32,070 bases of DNA from Candidatus Omnitrophota bacterium (GTDB lineage: Bacteria > Omnitrophota > Gorgyraeia > Zapsychrales > JBDRMG01), in the NCBI GenBank assembly GCA_043812495.1, contig JBDRMG010000041.1:1-32070 (forward strand), given 5' to 3'. Positions within the stretch are counted from its first letter, which is position 1. Every line of letters begins with the position of its first letter. A program made the position numbers and the translations under genes. Positions 17,616 through 25,806 of the stretch are shown here, piece by piece. Under the pieces are notes generated by a model. That model saw only the letters and a program-made list of their open reading frames with translations. It was not told the DNA's origin and did not search any database.

Positions 17616-18759
17616 TCTTGAGCGCCTTGATGACGGTTTTCATTTCTTGATCCTTCATCGTTGTGAACAAAGGCAGCAGAATCACGGAATCCCTGGCCAG
17701 TTTGGAATTTTTCAAGGAAAAAACTGCGCGCGCCTTTCGGGCATAAGCTTTTTCCTGGTGACTATTCATAATGCCCGGCCGGGTGGAAATTCCTTTCTTG
17801 AGTAAATAGCGCATCAGCTGGTTGCGGCCGAGCGGCGCGCTTTTCAAAATTCTCACGGCAAAGCTCTGCCAGTTGCTGCGGGCATATTTCGGTTGTTCAG
17901 GACATTGAAGCCAGGAAATATTTTTAAGTTCTCTCTGGTAAATACGCGCAAGCCTCCGGCGTTTGCGAAGTATTGCGGGAAGTTTCTTGAGCTGCTCAAG
18001 ACCGATCGCTGCCTGGATATCGGTCAGGCGATAATTAAACCCGATAACCGGATATTTTTCTATCATGATTTTCTTGGATTGATGGCGCGCAAGATCTGAA
18101 ACGCTCATGCCTTGATGGCGCAACAAGCGAAAGATTTTGTCATACTGTGCGTGTTTTGTCGTCAGCATTCCGCCTTCACCCGTTGTGATCAGCTTGCGAG
18201 GATGAAAAGAAAAACACGCAATGTCGCCGTGCGGTTTGCCGATTTTCTTCCATGTTTTTCCGTTTAAGGAGATTTCGCTTCCAAGTGCGCAAGCGGCATC
18301 TTCAATCACGGGAATTTTGTATTTTCTGGCCAATAGTAGGATTCCTTTTAAATCGCAGGGCATGCCCATTTGATGAACAACCAAAATGGCTTTGAAACGC
18401 TTGTGCTTTTGTTCAAGGCATCTTTGAAGCTCTCCCGAAGACATGTTAAATGTCTTCAGATCGATATCGACAAAAACGGGCTGCGCCCCGCAATAGGTGA
18501 TGCAGTTGGCGGTCGCGATAAAAGAATGACTGACCGTGATGACGGAATCTCCGGATTTTACTCCGACGGCCAAAAGAGCTAAATGTAAGGCTGTCGTGCA
18601 ATTGGACACCGCGCAGGCATACTTTGCGCCGACATATTTGGCCAAGGCCTTTTCAAACTCTTGGACCTTGGGCCCTTGCGCAACCCATCCTGATAAAATC
18701 ACTTTGCGCGCGGCCTCAACTTCTTTTTTTGTCAGATAAGGTTTCGCGATGGGAATCAT
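17608..18759 (-). CDS. DegT/DnrJ/EryC1/StrS PLP-dependent aminotransferase
   Basis: MIPIAKP, VSNCTTALHLAL, IEDAACALG, FSFHPRKLITTGEGG and GFNYRLTD. The start is taken as ATG 18759. Confidence 0.93.
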   Translation of the reverse strand: MIPIAKPYLTKKEVEAARKVILSGWVAQGPKVQEFEKALAKYVGAKYACAVSNCTTALHLALLAVGVKSGDSVITVSHSFIATANCITYCGAQPVFVDIDLKTFNMSSGELQRCLEQKHKRFKAILVVHQMGMPCDLKGILLLARKYKIPVIEDAACALGSEISLNGKTWKKIGKPHGDIACFSFHPRKLITTGEGGMLTTKHAQYDKIFRLLRHQGMSVSDLARHQSKKIMIEKYPVIGFNYRLTDIQAAIGLEQLKKLPAILRKRRRLARIYQRELKNISWLQCPEQPKYARSNWQSFAVRILKSAPLGRNQLMRYLLKKGISTRPGIMNSHQEKAYARKARAVFSLKNSKLARDSVILLPLFTTMKDQEMKTVIKALKNV

Positions 18760-18760
18760 G

Positions 18761-19732
18761 TTATGCCTTTTGTTGATCAAGCCAATGAACTAGACGTGTC
18801 AGTCCCTCTTTCAGATTAACTTGTGCCTCGAAGCCAATTTCTTCTTTAGCTTTTCCGACATCCGCCATACGTCTTTGCACTTCTACTTTTTGTCGGCCTT
18901 CGGGAAGGGGAACCTTTTTAGGTTTTAATGTAGAGCTCATCACATCCAGTAAGGACTGGCAAAGCTCCAAAAGAGACGTCTCTTGTCCGCTGGCAATATT
19001 ATACACCTCATTGATGGTATCCGCTTTTAACGCTAGTAAGCTTGCCCGCGCGATATCCTCGACATAAATAAAATCCATGGTCTGCGTTCCGTCTCCGTAG
19101 ATAAGCGGCGCTTGTCCTTCTTTGATCAAACGGTACCAGCGGATGAGCACCTCGGTATAGCGACCGTGAATATCCATGCGCGGCCCGTAAATATTAAAAT
19201 AGCGCAGGGCCTGATAGGTAAGACCATACATCTGTTGGAATGTCCGCAGCATAAGCTCATTGGCCATTTTCGCCGCGCCATAAAGCGTAAAATTATTGTA
19301 GGGATGGTGTTTTTCGGTCGTCGGGAACAATTCGGCCTGGCCGTAGACGGAAGCGGTGGATGCAAAAATGATTTTTTTGATCTTACGCGCGACGCTTGCT
19401 TCCAGAACATTAAAGGTTCCGTCATACATGACCTCAAGAGCCTCGCGTGGCTCTTGGGCGCAATGCGTGATGCGCAAAGCCGCCAGATGAAAACAATAAT
19501 CCACCCCTTCCAAAAGGCGAAGAAGAAGTGCGCGATCACGGATATCGCCCTCAACAAATGTCACCTTGCCGGACGAAAGGGCCGGTTCGATATTTTTCTT
19601 GGAACCGCGAATCAGATTATCCAGGATCACGATTTCTTTCGGATGCTCATCCAAAAGCTGTTCGGTAATAAAAGAACCGACGAAACCGGTTCCGCCGGTT
19701 ATAAGAATTTTTGTGTTTTGTAAGTTATTCAT
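18761..19732 (-). CDS. NAD-dependent nucleotide-sugar epimerase/dehydratase (SDR)
   Basis: ITGGTGFVG, ASTASVYG, YGAAK, LRYFNIYGPR and DFIYVED. Confidence 0.93.
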   Translation of the reverse strand: MNNLQNTKILITGGTGFVGSFITEQLLDEHPKEIVILDNLIRGSKKNIEPALSSGKVTFVEGDIRDRALLLRLLEGVDYCFHLAALRITHCAQEPREALEVMYDGTFNVLEASVARKIKKIIFASTASVYGQAELFPTTEKHHPYNNFTLYGAAKMANELMLRTFQQMYGLTYQALRYFNIYGPRMDIHGRYTEVLIRWYRLIKEGQAPLIYGDGTQTMDFIYVEDIARASLLALKADTINEVYNIASGQETSLLELCQSLLDVMSSTLKPKKVPLPEGRQKVEVQRRMADVGKAKEEIGFEAQVNLKEGLTRLVHWLDQQKA

Positions 19733-19760
19733 AGATAATTTTTTTGAAATTAAAATGATT

Positions 19761-19902
19761 TAAACGCAAATTTACGCAGATCAAACGCAAATGGTCGCAG
19801 ATAGATATATTGAACGATAAAATTGGATCTGCGATAATCTGCCCGCCTCGGCCTTTGGCCTCATCAAGGCCGGGCGTTAGATTTGCGTTTATCTACGTTT
19901 AA
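19761..19902. repeat. CGCAGAT/ATCTGCG element, copy 2
   Basis: Direct-repeat homologue of 15354-15540 with the same CCGCCTCGGCCTTTGGCCTCATCRAGGCCGGGC insert. Confidence 0.85.
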
Positions 19903-19945
19903 AATATGAATTTTTAAACACCTATCAATAAGAAGCTCCTCCTGT

Positions 19946-21379
19946 TTATATTTTTACTTCTTGATTTCTGATAAAGATGAAATAAATAGCAGCAGCTGTC
20001 AGGATAACAATCCCCCCTTGAAGAGCGTACATCGCATGCGACATCCAGGGTCCCATATTCATATAATAGAATTGATCGGGAAATTCAAGAACTTTTCCGC
20101 TCCATGGCCAGGCGTGAATCGGCAGCCAGACTTTTGAGAAAACCAGAGACAATAGACCCAAAACCCAGAAGTGAATTCTCTTGATAGTCAGCTGATCCAT
20201 GGCCTTTATAAGAAACGGCACCAAAAAGGGGAATGTGTTCATTTGCTTTCGAGACTCGCTGTCCAAGGCAAACACCACCACCAAAACCATGCACAACAGC
20301 AATCCCGGGCCGCACTCTTGAATCAGGCGGCAAAAAGGCTTCCACAAAAAGAAAAGAAAAAGAACGACAGGTCCAAAATACATCACGTGGGAAACAAGGA
20401 ACGCTCCCGGCTGCATGGCGCTGACGATCAAAAGATTCGTGATCAAGTAGTCAAGCGGCCGGGCATCGTGCTTGACGGCTCCATAATACAAAATTAGTTT
20501 AACGACCATTATCACCGATACGGCCATGATCCATCGAGTCGGCCGCAAGTGCCTTGTCCAGTATTTTCCTTGATAAAGTTCGCCCTGATTGAACAGTGGG
20601 CTGAGCGTCGCGAAAAGATAAGCGATCACGATCCCAATGCTGACGTAGATGACGGACATGATGGGTCTATTGGATCCCATGGAAAAAATGCCGTAGGCAT
20701 AAATGGCGCCGGAATGAAGCACTTTCAAAATCATCTGCATTTTCCAAAGGACAAAAACGCTAAGGCCAATCGGTAAAGCAAAATTCAAAAAAAGAGGCGC
20801 CGGGCTGGTTTCTTTGAGAGCGTGCTGATCGCGCGGAAAAAGAATTAAGATTGTTCCCGTGTAAAGAATCGTCGGCCAAATGAAAGAACCGATGACGACA
20901 AGGGACAAAAGAGCCCAGACATTATTCTTAAGATAAAAATAAATCAAAGACAGCGTGATCGCGTAGGCAAACAGATCGGTCGAAACCTGAATATAAGGAA
21001 TGTACTTAAGAATATGGAAATTACAAAATAAAGCGATTGCTCCCAACCAGCGACCTTGTTGAGATAGACGAATCTCGTCGCTAATGAGGCACCACACATA
21101 AGCGATGAGCCCCAACAAAAGGACGTTGATGAATCCAAAGGCATGAACAATGTTGTCGATCGTTAAGGGAATCGAGAAAAGTTTTAAAGAATAATGAACC
21201 AGGGCGCAGGGAAGAATTCTTTGCAAGCGGTAATCATCGAGACCATGCTCAAAGACCAACGGTTGAAAAAACTTGGTGATGAGTAAATAATATTTTTCGT
21301 CCCCCAGTGAACCGGCCTGGGGTGCTTTTTCGCCAAAAAAGAATCCGGCAAGCCCGATCAGAAGGGCCAAGGTGATCAA
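19946..21379 (-). CDS. Polytopic membrane protein, possible GT-C glycosyltransferase (start may be ATT 21433)
   Basis: About 12 TMs, GDEKYY loop after TM1, RILP, STD and ESR motifs. It lies inside the glycosylation operon. Confidence 0.65.
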   Translation of the reverse strand: MITLALLIGLAGFFFGEKAPQAGSLGDEKYYLLITKFFQPLVFEHGLDDYRLQRILPCALVHYSLKLFSIPLTIDNIVHAFGFINVLLLGLIAYVWCLISDEIRLSQQGRWLGAIALFCNFHILKYIPYIQVSTDLFAYAITLSLIYFYLKNNVWALLSLVVIGSFIWPTILYTGTILILFPRDQHALKETSPAPLFLNFALPIGLSVFVLWKMQMILKVLHSGAIYAYGIFSMGSNRPIMSVIYVSIGIVIAYLFATLSPLFNQGELYQGKYWTRHLRPTRWIMAVSVIMVVKLILYYGAVKHDARPLDYLITNLLIVSAMQPGAFLVSHVMYFGPVVLFLFFLWKPFCRLIQECGPGLLLCMVLVVVFALDSESRKQMNTFPFLVPFLIKAMDQLTIKRIHFWVLGLLSLVFSKVWLPIHAWPWSGKVLEFPDQFYYMNMGPWMSHAMYALQGGIVILTAAAIYFIFIRNQEVKI

Positions 21380-21444
21380 AGAGTATTTCTTTGAGGATAG
21401 ATAACGTAACAGGTCAGAAAAAGAAGCGCTAATATTTTCCTCCT

Positions 21445-21578
21445 CTCAATAAGCGCATGATTTATGCGTGCCGATCGTTGTCGGCTAAGCATAAATCATA
21501 TGCGCGAATTGACCCCGTCTCTTGCATTCTGCAAGAATGCGGCGGGGATAAAGCAAATACAATTATAATATTTCCTCA
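21445..21578 (-). repeat. Two-hairpin scaffold element, copy A
   Basis: Minus strand TGAGGAAATATTATAATTGTATTTGCTTTATCCCC-hp1-GGGGTCAATTCGC-hp2-GCTTATTGAG. Confidence 0.8.
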
Positions 21579-22580
21579 GATGTCCAGAAGCTGCCCGTTA
21601 TTCTTTAGGGATTGATCCGCGAGTTCCAGCATCCGCACTACTCGTAACCCCGCTTGGCCGTCATTAATCGGGGTTTCATTTTTTGCGATACACTGGGCAA
21701 AATAGATGAGTTCGCGCTTGAGAGCTTCCGTGCGGTCCAACCGCGGTGAGCGCATATCCCCCGAGCGATAATCCACCAATAAACGGTAAAGACCCTCCTG
21801 GTTGTCAATGGTGATTCCTTTATCGTAAATTTTAATCTTTTCATCGGCTTCGAGATCGTCCCATAAGAGCATCTTCTTTTCTCCGCCGATGATGGCCGTG
21901 CGGATTTTCACCGGAGAAAGCCAATTGGCGCTGATATGCGCGATAAATGAGTCCTCAGAATACACCGTGATATACGCCATATTCTCGCGCCCCGAACCCA
22001 GATGATCGGCCCCTTGAGCGCAAATCGCCAAAGGCTTATTTTTGATCACATAATCCATGATGGAAAAATCATGCGGAGCCAAATCCCAAATCACATTGAC
22101 ATCATCCTGAATGAGGCCAAGGCTCACGCGTGTCGAATCATAATAATAGAGCCGGCCAAGTTCATCATGATCAATGAGTTCTTTAATCTTTTGGACAGCG
22201 CCGGTAAAAATAAAAGTATGGTCCACCATGATAATGCATTTGTTTTTCTGCGCGATGTCAATGAGCTCCTGGGCTTCCTGCGTGGTTTGCGTAAAAGGCT
22301 TTTCGATAAAGACATGCTTGCCGGCCAATAAGGCTTTCTTAGCAAACGGATAATGGGTCGAGACAGGTGTGATAATCGCTACGGCATCAATATCTTTGGC
22401 CTCGATCAGTTCCTTTTCGCTTTTTGCGAGAGTGATATGCGGATATTGTTCTTGCACTCGTTTTAAGGCATCCGGATCCCTATCCCAAATGGCCCGGACA
22501 GATGTTTCTTTGATCATGATTAAATTGCGAATGATATTGGGACCCCAATAGCCGAATCCAATGACTCCGACGTTAATCAT
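21576..22580 (-). CDS. Gfo/Idh/MocA family oxidoreductase (WlbA/WbpB-like NDP-sugar dehydrogenase)
   Basis: VGVIGFGYWGPN, GKHVFIEKP and WDLAPHD. Start ATG 22580 with GAGGAG SD. Confidence 0.9.
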   Translation of the reverse strand: MINVGVIGFGYWGPNIIRNLIMIKETSVRAIWDRDPDALKRVQEQYPHITLAKSEKELIEAKDIDAVAIITPVSTHYPFAKKALLAGKHVFIEKPFTQTTQEAQELIDIAQKNKCIIMVDHTFIFTGAVQKIKELIDHDELGRLYYYDSTRVSLGLIQDDVNVIWDLAPHDFSIMDYVIKNKPLAICAQGADHLGSGRENMAYITVYSEDSFIAHISANWLSPVKIRTAIIGGEKKMLLWDDLEADEKIKIYDKGITIDNQEGLYRLLVDYRSGDMRSPRLDRTEALKRELIYFAQCIAKNETPINDGQAGLRVVRMLELADQSLKNNGQLLDI

Positions 22581-22590
22581 GCATTTTCTC

Positions 22591-22691
22591 CTCAATGAGC
22601 CCGCCATTGATTCAGTGGCGGGCGAATTGACCCCCACACCAATTATGAAATAATTGGTGTGGGGGTATAAACAAATTTAAATAGAATATTT
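22591..22691 (-). repeat. Two-hairpin scaffold element, copy B
   Basis: Minus strand AAATATTCTATTTAAATTTGTTTATACCCC-hp1-GGGGTCAATTCGC-hp2-GCTCATTGAG. Confidence 0.8.
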
Positions 22692-22793
22692 ATTTAATAT
22701 AAATATAACTATCATGGGCTAACTTTGTAAATTATTTTACATGGGATTACGGGCTATCACAAGGCAAAAATTGGTGTTTCTGAACAAAGATTA

Positions 22794-22828
22794 TTTGTTC
22801 CTCTTTGTTCCTCTTTGTTCCTCTTTGT
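22794..22828 (+). repeat. 10-bp tandem repeat (TTTGTTCCTC) x3.5
   Basis: TTTGTTCCTC TTTGTTCCTC TTTGTTCCTC TTTGT. Confidence 0.9.
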
Positions 22829-22842
22829 GGCATATTTGATGA

Positions 22843-22871
22843 TTGATTTTCTTGATAGGCGGTGGTATACT
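22843..22871 (+). promoter_or_regulatory. Sigma70 promoter for the small membrane protein gene
   Basis: TTGATT-N17-TATACT with a TGn extension. Confidence 0.6.
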
Positions 22872-22894
22872 ACCGCACATAAGGGATGTGTCCG

Positions 22895-23125
22895 ATGGCA
22901 GACGAGAATAAAGGCAATGTCCAGCAAAAAGGACATCAAAAAGAACAGCTCAGTTATGAAGCGTATCAGACCCTGAAGACACAACAGGCAGAGAAGGCAA
23001 AGAAAAAGAAAGAGCTTCCTAAGGTCGTCAAAATCATCCTGGCTCTTCCTTTTATTATTATTTTCTTGTTCGGCCTCCTTTATATTCCATATCTTTTTAT
23101 CGTAGGTATGATGAACAGCAAGTAA
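22895..23125 (+). CDS. Small hypothetical protein with a C-terminal TM helix
   Basis: Charged N-terminus then IILALPFIIIFLFGLLYIPYLFIVG. AAGGGA lies upstream of ATG 22895. Confidence 0.65.
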   Translation: MADENKGNVQQKGHQKEQLSYEAYQTLKTQQAEKAKKKKELPKVVKIILALPFIIIFLFGLLYIPYLFIVGMMNSK

Positions 23126-23181
23126 TTCCTGCCTTGCGACCAGCGTAACGCCATTCTTACAACCATCCTTATTTGATAAGT

Positions 23182-23784
23182 TTAATCTAATAAAGGTTTT
23201 ATCTTCTCGACCACTCGCTCGGCAATCAGCTGATAGCCCTCTTTGTTCGGATGAATCCCGTCGTTTTTTAGCTGTGGGTTGTCCAAAATTCTCTTCATAA
23301 CCTGCGGGATCAGCAAGGCCTTGTGTTTTTTCGCTATTTTCCTAAAGTCATATAAATATTCGTCACTCAGCAATCCTATCTTGACTGTCACAAGCGCCAC
23401 CATGGCTCCCTGGTGATGGATGTCTGTAATGATTTTCTCCAAATTGGTAAACGTTTCTCTCTTAGGAATCCGTTGGAAAAAATCATTGGCCCCAAATTCC
23501 ACAATCACAAGGCGCGGATCACGATTGAGGACATCCTGTTTTAGGCGCTTGAGAGCATCACGTGTTGTGTCGCCCCGACGCCCGGCATTGATGACCTTTT
23601 GATCCAACAATCGCTCTAAAACGGAAGGGTAGCTGTCCTGAGGCTCCGCGCCCACTCCTTCGGTGAGGCTATCGCCAAAACAAATAATATTCTTTCCTTT
23701 GGAATTTTGGTTCAAAATTGAAGGGGCGCATCCGAGCCAAACGACCAGAAACAAAAGAATCACGAACGTTAGGAATTGTTTCAT
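23182..23784 (-). CDS. SGNH/GDSL arylesterase (TesA-like), probable lipoprotein
   Basis: Lipobox-like LGC, FGDSLT, INAG, GAND and DGIHPN blocks. Confidence 0.92.
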   Translation of the reverse strand: MKQFLTFVILLFLVVWLGCAPSILNQNSKGKNIICFGDSLTEGVGAEPQDSYPSVLERLLDQKVINAGRRGDTTRDALKRLKQDVLNRDPRLVIVEFGANDFFQRIPKRETFTNLEKIITDIHHQGAMVALVTVKIGLLSDEYLYDFRKIAKKHKALLIPQVMKRILDNPQLKNDGIHPNKEGYQLIAERVVEKIKPLLD

Positions 23785-23823
23785 GGCTTTTTGTGAGCTT
23801 GAGGATCGGCGGGAAGAATCCGT

Positions 23824-24144
23824 TTACTTTTGTCTTTCAATAACCTGTTCTAAATCTTGGGCTAAGTCTTTGCGGCCGAGCTTTCTGAGTTCAACGGCCT
23901 GGCGACTGGCATTGAGGAGATCTCCCTTGCTGTAGTAGGCTATCCCTAGGTTCCAGCGAAGCTGAGCGTTGGAAGGATTATCAGCTACAATCTCCTTGTA
24001 AAGTCCAATCGCTTTATCGTATTTTCCTTGGTTATAGGCGGCCTCCGCGACAAGATGCTTAAAGGAAGACTTGATTTTCCCGCAGGAAACAAAAGCGATG
24101 GAACAAATAATCAATGCTAAAAGATAAATCCACTTTTTTCTCAT
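23824..24144 (-). CDS. TPR-repeat lipoprotein
   Basis: MRKKW...FVSC lipoprotein signal and TPR motifs AYNQGKYDKAIGLY / NLGIAYYSKGD. Confidence 0.8.
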   Translation of the reverse strand: MRKKWIYLLALIICSIAFVSCGKIKSSFKHLVAEAAYNQGKYDKAIGLYKEIVADNPSNAQLRWNLGIAYYSKGDLLNASRQAVELRKLGRKDLAQDLEQVIERQK

Positions 24145-24342
24145 ATTTTTATTGTACACCTTTGGGTTGACGAAGCAACAGAACAAATAAAAAAAATGAC
24201 TTCCCCTCTTATTCTGGGCATTTTGAAAAATAGCTCAATACGGCACTCTTTGTGTTTTTATAAAAAAAACTAAACACAAAAAGGGAAATGCGATAGAATA
24301 AATGTACCGTTAACGAGCTATTGCTTAGAGGAGTGTGGCAAG

Positions 24343-24696
24343 ATGGGTGAAGAACGACGCCAAGAAAAACGTATCAGAGAAAACTTTGGGCTCATTTGTA
24401 AGGTCTTTAGCAAAACCGAGCTCGAGGCGGATCTCTCCAAAATTGTCGATTTTAGCCAAAAGGGCCTTTGTTTTATCGGCGACGATCAAATCGGCCAAGA
24501 GGATATTCTTCAGCTGATGTTTCGTGTTCCGCCGGATTTTAAAAAGAAGGTTGAAATTTTTGGGCGCGTTGTCCGCACGCAGGACATCGGGGATAGAAAA
24601 TTTAAAATCAGCGTTGCCTTCATTGATTTTCCCGAAGAAACAAAGACCATCCTCAAAAACAGCATTCAGCAAGCCGGCTTTAAAGATAGTGCATAA
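24343..24696 (+). CDS. Stand-alone PilZ domain protein (c-di-GMP receptor)
   Basis: ERRQEKR (RxxxR), DFSQKG (DxSxxG) and GRVVR. GAGGAG SD. Confidence 0.88.
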   Translation: MGEERRQEKRIRENFGLICKVFSKTELEADLSKIVDFSQKGLCFIGDDQIGQEDILQLMFRVPPDFKKKVEIFGRVVRTQDIGDRKFKISVAFIDFPEETKTILKNSIQQAGFKDSA

Positions 24697-24717
24697 AAAA
24701 TCCGCCATCCTTCCGCA

Positions 24718-25581
24718 ATGACCGTAGACGCTATCGTTGCCCTCATCCTTTTTTTCTTTGCCTTCATCGGATTCATGAAAGGCTTTCTGGGGACATTCCT
24801 GGGGCCTTTCTTCTTCGTGATTTGTCTGGTGGGGGGACTCTCCTATTTCTTTCTTGCTCCTCAGGCAAATTTTCTATCAGCATTCCTGATTATGTTTTTT
24901 GGTCCCCTTCTTTTGTCGATTGTCTTTTTGATTCTGAAAATCCTCTGGCCGAAAAGAACAAAGGGCGTCAGAATTGTATCGTTGATGAGCCGATGCCTGG
25001 GGGCATTCTTTAACTTAACTTGGGGAGCTTTCCTGACGGCCATGACTCTGTTGTTTATCGTAATGATCCCGCTCAACTTTGGAATATTTCAAAACCTTAA
25101 ACAGCAAGTGATGAGTTCAACCTCGTACGTTCTCACGGAGCGATTCATGAAAAACAGGGCTTTGTCTGTAATAAATTTTGAGAATGTTCTTGAAGCCTCG
25201 AAGGACCCGCAAAAAGTCAAGGCGATTCAGTCCACTCCGGAGTTTCAGGCTTTTTATCAAGACAAACGCATCCAAGAGATTCTTTCAGACGACAACGCAA
25301 GAAGGCAATTTGAAGAAAAGAATATTCCCCAACTCTTAAGCAATCCAAAGGTAGCGGAATTACTTAAAGACAGGGAACTGATGAAGAAGGTCGTCAATCT
25401 CAGTAATCTTTTGGCCCAAGACAAAATCCCCTCCACAGATACTCCTCAAGATTCCCCATCGCCAAATATTCTTGAACTCAACGAAGCACCCGATGGGTTG
25501 ATCGATAAGAAGGCCGACACACATTCATCCTCGCCGAAAGTTTACGAGAATCAGGACGGGACCCTGGAAGTGGTTTATTGA
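24718..25581 (+). CDS. CvpA (colicin V production) family membrane protein with an extended C-terminus
   Basis: VDAIVALILFFFAFIGFMKGFL and SRCLGAFF, four TMs then a soluble tail. Confidence 0.75.
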   Translation: MTVDAIVALILFFFAFIGFMKGFLGTFLGPFFFVICLVGGLSYFFLAPQANFLSAFLIMFFGPLLLSIVFLILKILWPKRTKGVRIVSLMSRCLGAFFNLTWGAFLTAMTLLFIVMIPLNFGIFQNLKQQVMSSTSYVLTERFMKNRALSVINFENVLEASKDPQKVKAIQSTPEFQAFYQDKRIQEILSDDNARRQFEEKNIPQLLSNPKVAELLKDRELMKKVVNLSNLLAQDKIPSTDTPQDSPSPNILELNEAPDGLIDKKADTHSSSPKVYENQDGTLEVVY

Positions 25582-25700
25582 GGAAATATCAAATTATATT
25601 TGCTCTATCCCCGCCTCTTGCATTCTGCAAGAATGCGGCGGGGTCAATTTGCACTTATCAGTTACGTTCCCTACGGTCACGTAACTTATGTGCTCATTGA
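25579..25700 (+). repeat. Two-hairpin scaffold element, copy C
   Basis: TGAGGAAATATCAAATTATATTTGCTCTATCCCC-hp1-GGGGTCAATTTGC-hp2-GCTCATTGA. Confidence 0.8.
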
Positions 25701-25797
25701 AATGACGGCGCAATTTATGGATCCCGATGGCTATCGGGAGAACATAAATTGCTGCCGGAATTAACCCCGCTGCTTTTGGCGGGGTAAGTATCAATTT
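25701..25797 (-). repeat. Two-hairpin scaffold element, diverged copy D (tail-to-tail with C)
   Basis: Minus strand TTGATACTTACCCC-hp1-GGGGTTAATTCCGGC-hp2-GCCGTCATT. Confidence 0.65.
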
Positions 25798-25806
25798 TTT
25801 ATTCTA

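Noticed and set aside
24325..24708. 127-aa minus-strand ORF, and other antisense ORFs within accA, the epimerase, purH and pfpI
   Set aside because: These are antisense shadows of well-supported genes on the opposite strand.
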